Shown one piece after another: positions 10,485-17,343 of a stretch of DNA of 46,615 bases. The translations under genes and the position numbers were made by a program. The notes beneath the pieces were generated by a model. That model did not search any database. It was not told the origin of the DNA and saw only the letters and a list, made by a program, of their open reading frames with translations. Position 1 is the stretch's first letter. Each line of letters starts with the position of its first letter. Source of the stretch: a virus; the IMG/VR virus record IMGVR_UViG_3300045988_123937, positions 1 to 46,615 of that record, one strand, 5' to 3'.

Positions 10485-11183
10485 ATGAAAAACTTTATCA
10501 ATTCTTACGATCGCGTCAAAGGAGCCATTGAATCGGGCAAGGCTATCAACATCTTCAACATGGTAGACGGCGACTACGTCGGCATGGGCGAATCCGAATA
10601 TTCGGACGAAGCCATGATCGTTCTCGAGCTCGTCGCCAAGAATGGCGAAGGATTCGTCGTAGACATCTGCAATCGTGTTCTCGAATCAATAAATGTCGGC
10701 AAGGCTATCACGTTATCCGAAAAACAGCGTTGGTGCATCGCTTTCGCGGCGAATAAGATTTCGACGGACAAAGTCGATGAGCTGCACACAGCCGATGCTG
10801 AATTCATCGCTATGGTCGAATCTGAAGAGGCTGTTGAAAATACGGCACATAATAACGAATATTTTGAAAACATGGACGACAATCAATTTATTTCCATTCG
10901 TTCGCTTCTGAACCGAGCCGAAGCCGGTGAAACTATCTCCTCCATTAAACTGTCTGATGCCGGTAAATACGCCTCCAACGCGAAAGGTGATATGCTTATC
11001 AATACGGACATCTTCTTCTCGTCGCGCGTATATGCATACAGGGCCGATGACCGGCTGGTTAAGATTGGGAAAAAGACGCTTAATGTCGATGAGCTGCGCC
11101 GGCAACTCGAACGGTTCATCGGTAAAGGATCCGCCGTCGTTTGCATAGGCGGCAAATGCCTTCGTGGCGAAATTACAAAATAG
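10485..11183 (+). CDS. Hypothetical protein, 232 aa
   Basis: Clean ORF after the promoter; no family recognised. Confidence 0.7.
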   Translation: MKNFINSYDRVKGAIESGKAINIFNMVDGDYVGMGESEYSDEAMIVLELVAKNGEGFVVDICNRVLESINVGKAITLSEKQRWCIAFAANKISTDKVDELHTADAEFIAMVESEEAVENTAHNNEYFENMDDNQFISIRSLLNRAEAGETISSIKLSDAGKYASNAKGDMLINTDIFFSSRVYAYRADDRLVKIGKKTLNVDELRRQLERFIGKGSAVVCIGGKCLRGEITK

Positions 11184-11189
11184 CTCAAT

Positions 11190-11711
11190 ATGAAAGAGTA
11201 CCCCGCATTTATTATCGATAGAAGTCGCCGTTCGGAATCGTCCCGTTTTTCCGACGACTTCATCGTCTGCACCGATCGGGAGGTCGGGTTCATCGCCAGA
11301 GTATACAAACTTCCCAAATCACGCCGTGCAGAGTTCGAGCAGAGCATCGCCTGTCTATCCGAATCGCAAATAGATAACCGATACTATTTTGCCATCATTG
11401 GAAATGTATTGTGCGTGCTGGAGGTCGTGCGAATGTTGCATGAGCCTGTTGCGCATATCAACAGACTTCGGCCGTTGATGAAGAAGGCTTTCAAAGCCTA
11501 CATACACGGCGAAGAATCAGCCGTTCGACGGGACGGCCAGCCGTATGACGATCAGACAGCCGCTCTTGACGACATCCTGCGGATGGCAAAGTCGCAACGG
11601 TCACGTATGGTCGATATGAACGGTGAAGCGGCCACGGAACGATTTACAAGCGCGATTCAGTCGGCCCGCGATTCCGTTGCCTTGCTTCAAAAAATCACAC
11701 AACATGAATAA
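11190..11711 (+). CDS. Hypothetical protein, 173 aa
   Basis: ORF 6 nt after the previous stop. Confidence 0.7.
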   Translation: MKEYPAFIIDRSRRSESSRFSDDFIVCTDREVGFIARVYKLPKSRRAEFEQSIACLSESQIDNRYYFAIIGNVLCVLEVVRMLHEPVAHINRLRPLMKKAFKAYIHGEESAVRRDGQPYDDQTAALDDILRMAKSQRSRMVDMNGEAATERFTSAIQSARDSVALLQKITQHE

Positions 11712-11913
11712 GGATGCATCAAAACGGGGCGGTGCGCGCCCGGGCGCTGGACGCAAATGTAAAGGCAGTGCGCCGTCGGTCACTGTAAGCTTGCGCCTCC
11801 CCCCGGAATTGCGAGACGAGTTGCGCGCGTTTCTGAAATCCCGCCGGATGACCGCCGCACAGTTCGTGGAGGAAGGCCTATGCATCCACCGTAAACCCGA
11901 TGCGAAGTCTTGA
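11704..11913 (+). CDS. Ribbon-helix-helix-like DNA-binding protein, 69 aa
   Basis: ATG 11704 overlaps the previous stop; GGARPGAGRK basic arm followed by SVTVSLRLPPELRDELRAF (beta strand then helix). Confidence 0.6.
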   Translation: MNKDASKRGGARPGAGRKCKGSAPSVTVSLRLPPELRDELRAFLKSRRMTAAQFVEEGLCIHRKPDAKS

Positions 11914-11937
11914 TCCCCACCGTAAACCCGATGCGAA
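11886..11937. repeat. Two direct copies of a 21-mer, CCACCGTAAACCCGATGCGAA (11886-11906 and 11917-11937)
   Basis: Exact 21-bp match with a 31-bp period, straddling the stop codon of the RHH gene. Confidence 0.85.
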
Positions 11938-12073
11938 TAGCCCGGGTTTTAATGGGATAGATTGTTCAAAATGTCCGTGTTTTTCTCGGGGAGAAAACCA
12001 ACTTTAAAGCGGTTTATTGTTCAATATGTATAAAAAATCCCCGAGCTCGTGGCCCGGGAGTTGGGAGGGTGGG

Positions 12074-12790
12074 TTAGAACCTTTTTGTCAGACTGATTCC
12101 TGCGCCGTAGTCCGAAACCGTGAAATTATGACCAAGATTTATTCCGTTGTCGTAATCTCTATATATTCCCGTTAACACAACGATTACTCCTGCGAGAGAT
12201 GTTCCGGCGCAGATGAACCCGACGGTACGCTTCGTCTTATCCAAAGACTCTATTTCTTTTGCATATTCATCTGAATCAATATCGTGATTTGCAAGTTCTT
12301 CTGCCAGCCCTTTAGACCTTGTACTGACCGCAGAACTGGTCAGCATATATACTGCAGCAGATGCACCAATGACGGATGTCCCTATTACGAGGTTCCGAGG
12401 CTTTAATTTGAGCTTATATTTTTTGCCCTCATCATCTATGCCTTGGTCCGGCTTAAATGTTGGGCGTTGACATTCTAAAGTCTTTTGCATCTCTATTTTT
12501 CTCTGATATTCTTCGCGTTGTTTTATATATAGTTCATCCATCGCTTTTACCATACCCGGGCCGTATCTTCTTGCGAAGTGCTCTTCCAATATATATTGGT
12601 CTGATTTATAATCAAAATATACTCGACGGCCTTTATAAGTGGTAATAAGACCAGGAGCGTACGGGCTTGACTTGATAATAGATACAGCTTTTTCGATGTC
12701 GTACGATTTGTATTTTACAGAATCTCGGTCTTGCGCAAAGGTTATCCCAGATATTAAAATGATGATGAATGTAAGTAAAAGTTTCTTCAT
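12074..12790 (-). CDS. Secreted/membrane-associated moron protein, 238 aa
   Basis: Signal peptide MKKLLLTFIIILISGITFAQ; two C-terminal hydrophobic segments; visibly more A+T-rich than its neighbours; isolated transcription unit. Confidence 0.75.
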   Translation of the reverse strand: MKKLLLTFIIILISGITFAQDRDSVKYKSYDIEKAVSIIKSSPYAPGLITTYKGRRVYFDYKSDQYILEEHFARRYGPGMVKAMDELYIKQREEYQRKIEMQKTLECQRPTFKPDQGIDDEGKKYKLKLKPRNLVIGTSVIGASAAVYMLTSSAVSTRSKGLAEELANHDIDSDEYAKEIESLDKTKRTVGFICAGTSLAGVIVVLTGIYRDYDNGINLGHNFTVSDYGAGISLTKRF

Positions 12791-12819
12791 GGTGTTTAAT
12801 TTTTGGTTTATACAATTTA

Positions 12820-12829
12820 CCCCCCCCCC
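12820..12829. repeat. Homopolymeric C10 tract (G10 on the coding strand), about 30 nt upstream of the moron start
   Basis: Counted directly; forms the 3' arm of the hairpin CCCCTCTCCGA-GTAT-TCGGGGGGGGGG on the minus strand. Confidence 0.9.
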
Positions 12830-13003
12830 GAATACTCGGAGAGGGGCATTTTCACTTTGTTTTATGGGGGAAGCCCGTATCTGTTATTTTCACCTCAAAA
12901 ATCCCTCCTCCCCTCGGCTTTTTGCGATACAATGATTTGTCGCACAATGTGTTAATATATCTGAAAAGAACATTTTTTAGCCCATTGCAAAATTGCCCAT
13001 TTT

Positions 13004-13028
13004 GAAAGGAGGGTGTTCGCCTCCTTTC
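13004..13028. terminator. GC-rich hairpin between convergent/adjacent units
   Basis: GAAAGGAGG-gtgttcg-CCTCCTTTC, 25 nt downstream of the repressor stop. Confidence 0.5.
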
Positions 13029-13053
13029 GGGTGCAATCTGCACGACGAGCGCG

Positions 13054-13470
13054 TCACGGTTTATCCGTCAGTTCATCCTGCTTTTTTTCGACTGCACCCA
13101 ACCGTCGAGAGAGGACTTCATCGTCACCCTTGGAATTCAGCTGTCGAAGCAGAGCTTTGATTTGTTCATCTTTTACAACAAGCTGCTCTTTCAGGGTGTT
13201 GATGTAGTCCGATGTTATTGGATCCATCTTCGCCTGTGTGTTTGTTGGGTTAATACTGTTGTTATCTAAATGCGTTGCGTCGCATTGTTCCGTTATATAT
13301 TTATTGATTTTATCGCCCAATGCTTGCTTTAATCTAATAATGTGTTCTTCCCTTAACGAACCTTTACCAGATAAAACGGTAGAAACCTGCGGCTGTCTTA
13401 ACCCCATAATTGCGCCTAATTCTTTTTGACTTAACCCAAGTTCAGCCTTAAGTCTCTTTATATCAATCAT
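13054..13470 (-). CDS. XRE-family HTH repressor (CI-like) with a C-terminal coiled coil, 138 aa
   Basis: MIDIKRLKAELGLSQKELGAIMGLRQPQVSTVLSG HTH; ORF trimmed to the ATG at 13470. Confidence 0.8.
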   Translation of the reverse strand: MIDIKRLKAELGLSQKELGAIMGLRQPQVSTVLSGKGSLREEHIIRLKQALGDKINKYITEQCDATHLDNNSINPTNTQAKMDPITSDYINTLKEQLVVKDEQIKALLRQLNSKGDDEVLSRRLGAVEKKQDELTDKP

Positions 13471-13640
13471 TTTATAAAACTGTGGGATATTATAAAAAAT
13501 AATTATACAATATATTTCAATAACTATTGAATATATCCAATACAAACCTTATATTTGCATTGTGGAATTGAACTACACCGCAAAGGTAAATAGTTCTACG
13601 CCGCAAAACAATGTAAAGATATATAAAAAAGATTGAAACA
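13471..13640. promoter_or_regulatory. Divergent control region 1
   Basis: TATATTTG -7 box at 13550-13557 (+). The segment ATATTTGCATTGTG...GCAAAGGTA..ATAGTT...AAAATGTAAA.ATATA.AAAAAA is shared with 14749-14832. Confidence 0.6.
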
Positions 13641-13707
13641 ACCAAATCCGAAAGGGCAAAATAGTGCGCCAATAGGGTTTACAAATGTTCTTTGAATACA
13701 TTTCATT

Positions 13708-13899
13708 ATGCTTGCATTAACGGTGTTGCAAATACTGAATGTTGCATTATTGATAACGGCCATATGGTTACGGCTCGACGCGCTGCGCATACGGCGTAGA
13801 CGTTTGACTGTATTAAAAGAGATTAGAAAGATACAGAATAAGCGCCTTGACCATCCTTTCATGGCTGGACGAAGCAATAACGGAATACCAATCCTATAA
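13708..13899 (+). CDS. Possible small membrane protein, 63 aa
   Basis: Hydrophobic N-terminus followed by RIRRRR; downstream of the control-region-1 promoter; overlaps the 3' end of the convergent gene. Confidence 0.3.
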   Translation: MLALTVLQILNVALLITAIWLRLDALRIRRRRLTVLKEIRKIQNKRLDHPFMAGRSNNGIPIL

Positions 13900-14380
13900 C
13901 CATTAATATAAACGAAATATATGCAACCATCTCACAAACCGAAAAGAACCTCGATATTTCGACGCGTGAAATTATTTTGCATTCGCCGTCAACGATCAAA
14001 GCGTCGTCGGCAGGAATCAAAAGTGTTTCTTTTAAGTCATCAAATCGTTCTTCGATTCTGTGCATTACCTGACTTGTGGCGCGAATATTTTGATACAGAG
14101 CGGCCGAAAGAGCAAGCAGACATATTCCGTTCAGCAATACTGTCGCAATGCTTATCCAATATGTGCAATCCGGATAGCAAGCATGTATGCCACCCGGATT
14201 GCCCGATATGGGCCGCCCTAATGAGCAAACCAAAGTCAGAATAGTAGCCGACGCAACAAACATAGTGGAGTGGACGCGGTATTTCCATACGGCGAGCTCG
14301 TCAAAGTAGGCGTTACGGTCCCTGATAAGTGCATCGGCGTACCTGATAACGAGTTGGCCCCGCGGGCTTAACGGTTGCAT
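13859..14380 (-). CDS. Integral membrane protein, 173 aa (candidate exclusion/abortive-infection effector)
   Basis: About three hydrophobic spans; starts 2 nt after the stop of HTH gene 14383..14679. Confidence 0.7.
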   Translation of the reverse strand: MQPLSPRGQLVIRYADALIRDRNAYFDELAVWKYRVHSTMFVASATILTLVCSLGRPISGNPGGIHACYPDCTYWISIATVLLNGICLLALSAALYQNIRATSQVMHRIEERFDDLKETLLIPADDALIVDGECKIISRVEISRFFSVCEMVAYISFILMVIGLVFRYCFVQP

Positions 14381-14382
14381 GA

Positions 14383-14679
14383 TTAGTTCTTTGATGTTAG
14401 GTTTTTTATGGTTTCGGAAAGGTTCTCGATGGTGCGCTGCTGGGAGGCAACCAAAGCCAGCAATGCGGGAACCGTGGGAGCGGGGGCGACGTTGGAGTCG
14501 TCGATAACGTAATCGTCAATGTCGGCATATCGACTGCATAATATGTCCATATGCTCAGGCGTAAATCCGTCGCCGTTCTTCTCCATTCGAGAAATGCGGC
14601 TTTGATCCATTCCCAACATATTTGCGAGTGCCGCCTGTGTTAACCTTTTGTCTTTTCGAAAACGTTTGAAATCAATCAT
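14383..14679 (-). CDS. XRE-family HTH regulator, 98 aa, paralogue of 13054..13470
   Basis: MIDFKRFRKDKRLTQAALANMLGMDQSRISRMEKNG; trimmed to the ATG at 14679. Confidence 0.8.
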   Translation of the reverse strand: MIDFKRFRKDKRLTQAALANMLGMDQSRISRMEKNGDGFTPEHMDILCSRYADIDDYVIDDSNVAPAPTVPALLALVASQQRTIENLSETIKNLTSKN

Positions 14680-14832
14680 ATACAAAGGGACTATTAAAAA
14701 ACCTATAAAAATATGACATAAAATTTGCATAATTAAAATAATATGTACATATTTGCATTGTGATACACGGCAAAGGTATAGTTACCTGCCGATTATTAAA
14801 ATGTAAAAATATACAAAAAAACGATAATAACA
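14680..14832. promoter_or_regulatory. Divergent control region 2 (early-operon promoter and operators)
   Basis: Two TTTGCAT motifs; leader hairpin CGGC-aa-AGGTA-tagt-TACCT-GCCG; about 85 nt similar to 13551-13640. Confidence 0.6.
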
Positions 14833-15090
14833 ATGAATCATTCACAAGAAGACATCGAGCGTTGCGCCTTTGTAAAAGGTTACAACGTCATCCGCGCCCG
14901 GAGAAAAGGCCGGGACCTCGCCAGCATTGCTATGGATGAGATCAGCCAGGCGTTAAAAGAAGGCGGGTTATGCGACAAAGCGTTCCACAATCGCAAATAC
15001 GGCTATGTGAACCATACGCCCACAGAACGGGAAAAGATCGAACAGATATTTACCAAATGGGGAGTATCCGATCCCTGGGGGCTGGCTTAA
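14833..15090 (+). CDS. Hypothetical early protein, 85 aa (Cro position)
   Basis: First ORF of the rightward early operon. Confidence 0.65.
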   Translation: MNHSQEDIERCAFVKGYNVIRARRKGRDLASIAMDEISQALKEGGLCDKAFHNRKYGYVNHTPTEREKIEQIFTKWGVSDPWGLA

Positions 15091-15094
15091 GACT

Positions 15095-15457
15095 ATGAAA
15101 ACTGACGCCCTATTGAGCAAACGCGAGCGTGAGGTAATGAACCTCGTCGTGCTGGGCTATTCGGCCCGCGAGATCGCAGAACGGATGAACGTGATCTACC
15201 AATGCGTAGCGAACCACCTCCAGAGCATCTACGATAAGACAGGGACGAAGCGGACCTTGCAGGCATTGGTTACCTGGTATTTCACGCAGAATTTCGGCAT
15301 CACGCTCAACGTGTCCGAGATGACCCGACGCGTCGGGGCCGCGGTTCTGCTGTGCCTGTTCTCGGTGGAGGTGTTCAGTACGGATTTCGAATGTCGCAGG
15401 TTGCGCAATCCCCGCCGAAGCCGAGGCTTCCGGGTGGAAGAGCTGATAGAGAACTAA
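15095..15457 (+). CDS. LuxR/GerE-type HTH regulator with a C-terminal hydrophobic segment
   Basis: REREVMNLVVLGYSAREIAERMNVIYQCVANHLQSIYDK. Confidence 0.7.
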   Translation: MKTDALLSKREREVMNLVVLGYSAREIAERMNVIYQCVANHLQSIYDKTGTKRTLQALVTWYFTQNFGITLNVSEMTRRVGAAVLLCLFSVEVFSTDFECRRLRNPRRSRGFRVEELIEN

Positions 15458-15474
15458 ACCAACAACACAACAAT

Positions 15475-15945
15475 ATGGAAACGAATTACGAAGAGGTGAA
15501 AGACAGCCTTCTGTCTTTTGGAAAGAAACATTTGGCCTGCCAATATGAATATAAGCGTCTTTATGCGGCTGAAAGTGTCGAGGCGGTTATGGCAGTCGTT
15601 AAAGATAATTTCTCATGGTGTTGTCAATTCTACGATTTTGCCGATGTTCTTTTGGCATACCGGGATCAGTTCGCCGAACATAAAATATGGATCAACACTT
15701 CTGTTGAAATTAAAGAAGGGGTTGGTTGCCTGTTGACTACGGAAGGCGAATTCAACGCCGAGAGCTGGGGAACCTCGATGATCAACGCCGAGAGCTGGGG
15801 AACCTCGACGATCAACGTCCGAGAGCTGTGGAACCTCGACGATCAACGCCCGGAGCCGGGGAGCCTCGACGATCAACGCCCGGAGCCGGGAAGCCTCGAC
15901 GATGATTATCCCTACTTCGGCTATCGAATGCCAAGTAAACGATGA
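15475..15945 (+). CDS. Decapeptide-repeat protein, apparently frame-disrupted. The annotated frame ends at 15945; the alternative frame continues to 16021.
   Basis: Repeats NAESWGTSMI/NAESWGTSTI, then a 1-nt insertion (T15818). The +1 frame restores NAESCGTSTI/NARSRGASTI/NARSREASTM plus a 39-aa tail. Confidence 0.6.
   Translation: METNYEEVKDSLLSFGKKHLACQYEYKRLYAAESVEAVMAVVKDNFSWCCQFYDFADVLLAYRDQFAEHKIWINTSVEIKEGVGCLLTTEGEFNAESWGTSMINAESWGTSTINVRELWNLDDQRPEPGSLDDQRPEPGSLDDDYPYFGYRMPSKR
15753..15903. repeat. Five tandem 30/31-bp repeats, each junction carrying GATC
   Basis: Units start at 15753, 15783, 15813 (31 nt), 15844 and 15874; caacgccgagagctggggaacctcga(t/c)gat and variants. Confidence 0.9.
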
Positions 15946-16027
15946 AAGCATCGCACGGTATATCCAAGACAATAGAGCTGTATTCGCGGATGATTCTATA
16001 AAATTCGAGAAGCAGGGATAGTAACAA

Positions 16028-16124
16028 GGAGTGCGTGGCAGGTTGGCAATGCCTCCGCATAACTAACGGAAGGAGATGTGAAGTAAAGCACCATCTACGC
16101 AGGTTCGAATCCTGCCGCACTCCC
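16028..16124 (+). ncRNA. Aberrant tRNA-like element: 8-bp acceptor plus 5-bp T arm, long variable arm, 9-nt anticodon loop
   Basis: GGAGTGCG pairs with CGCACTCC; T arm GCAGG-TTCGAAT-CCTGC; D arm GGCA/TGCC; V arm AGATG..CATCT; anticodon arm TCCG-CATAACTAA-CGGA. Confidence 0.55.
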
Positions 16125-16530
16125 AAGATAGCAGCCCGCAAGGGTTAGGGGTTTGATCGCTGGCAATAACCCCAGCCGCAAGGCAGAAAGCGATTTTCGG
16201 GTCTTTGACGTATTGATACACGAGAACCATCCGAGTGGATGTAAAACCCAGTGAGCGACTTGGCGCAGAAGGGCTGGCAACAGATAAATACCAACGAGCG
16301 AGCGATGATCCGGAGCGATCCGGTGAGCCGTATCAACACTATGCCCGGTGTGGTTTGAATGTACCTATCCGGACTCCAATGCGGGTTTTGTGCACACGTT
16401 CTTTCTGTCCATTTTGTAATTTAAGTTAGTGGTTATCACACCGCGCAAAGCCCGCACCCTTGCCCTGATGGCGCCGATGCACGTGATCGGTGAGCCTTGC
16501 CTTCGATGGCGTCAGGGCACGAATACCTTA
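16125..16530 (+). ncRNA. Candidate large structured non-coding RNA (family unassigned)
   Basis: No credible ORF. Hairpins with GNRA caps at 16135-16144, 16175-16184, 16187-16196, 16274-16283 and 16310-16323; nested helices at 16148/16173 and 16199/16249; long hairpin at 16461-16519. Confidence 0.5.
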
Positions 16531-16543
16531 AAATTTCAAAACT

Positions 16544-16789
16544 ATGGAGAATTTAAAAAAGCCACAAGCTCGCATATTGGCCTACTTCATCAGAGGAGGC
16601 ACGCTGACCGTGTGGAAAGCGATGAGCAAATTCGGCACGACGGAGCTGCGGAAGATTGTCACGAGGCTCCGGCGCAAAGGCTACATCATCGTTGGCGATT
16701 GGTGTTACAGCCACGACGCAGACAGAGGGCGGGTTGTCCGCTACAAAGAGTATCATATGGTCGTTAACCCTGAAATTGCACAAATATGA
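16544..16789 (+). CDS. Winged-helix DNA-binding protein, 81 aa
   Basis: ARILAYFIRGGTLTVWKAMSKFGTTELRKIVTRLRRKGYII pattern. Confidence 0.7.
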   Translation: MENLKKPQARILAYFIRGGTLTVWKAMSKFGTTELRKIVTRLRRKGYIIVGDWCYSHDADRGRVVRYKEYHMVVNPEIAQI

Positions 16790-17046
16790 AAACCGATACA
16801 TTCAAAACCCGAAAATTTCTGGGTATTGACTTCACTCCGCGAAAGAGATACCGTGCGGAGATCGAACGGCTTGAGCGAGTAAATGCGGACATCCGTCGGA
16901 GCTTTGCCGAAGGCGAGAAAGATCGCAATAACCTTCTGAAAAAGTGCGCCGAGGAACGCAACCTGCGTATTGCCGTCGAACTCGATCTGATGAAATATAC
17001 CCGGAAGAGAGGCGCCGACGGGCGTTTCGTCAAAGAAAAGGCGTGA
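16786..17046 (+). CDS. Hypothetical coiled-coil protein, 86 aa
   Basis: ATGA overlap with the upstream gene; charged helical sequence. Confidence 0.6.
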   Translation: MKTDTFKTRKFLGIDFTPRKRYRAEIERLERVNADIRRSFAEGEKDRNNLLKKCAEERNLRIAVELDLMKYTRKRGADGRFVKEKA

Positions 17047-17112
17047 CGACGCCTTACTTACGTCATAACAAGAACCGTCGCCCGCCATCCGTGAGGCCCG
17101 CGGGCGATATTT

Positions 17113-17197
17113 GGAGGGTTGGCCGAGTGGTTGAAGGCTCCGGCTTACTAATCCGGCGAGCGGCAACGCTTCGGGAGTTCGAATCTCTCACCCTCCG
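17113..17197 (+). tRNA. Type II (Ser-like) tRNA with an atypical anticodon arm; the nominal anticodon ACU sits in loop TTACTAA closed by a C-U mismatch (or a 9-nt loop, CTTACTAAT)
   Basis: Acceptor GGAGGGT/ACCCTCC; D arm GCC..GGC with AGTGGTTGAA; long V arm GAGCG-GCAA-CGCTT; T arm GGGAG-TTCGAAT-CTCTC. Confidence 0.7.
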
Positions 17198-17343
17198 CAA
17201 CCCCTTTGTTGATGGTGCAAGTAGAGCGACGATAGCGCAAGGGATTATTGCCGATTGCGCGGCAATGACAAAGCGGAACAGACGCTTGACTCTATCGGAC
17301 AGGTTATACGAAAGCATCTGACAGCCTGGAAAGACAGGCATTT

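Noticed and set aside
15753-15903. Possible CRISPR array (also considered for 18578..18703 and 24684..24975)
   Set aside because: The repeats are contiguous with no spacers, and they are in-frame coding repeats.
16028-16124. tmRNA or genuine tRNA-Sec
   Set aside because: Both acceptor strands pair within 97 nt, and no tag-peptide ORF ending in ...AA-stop is visible downstream, so it is not a tmRNA. There is no UCA anticodon, and the D arm is 4 bp rather than 6 bp, so it is not a standard selC.
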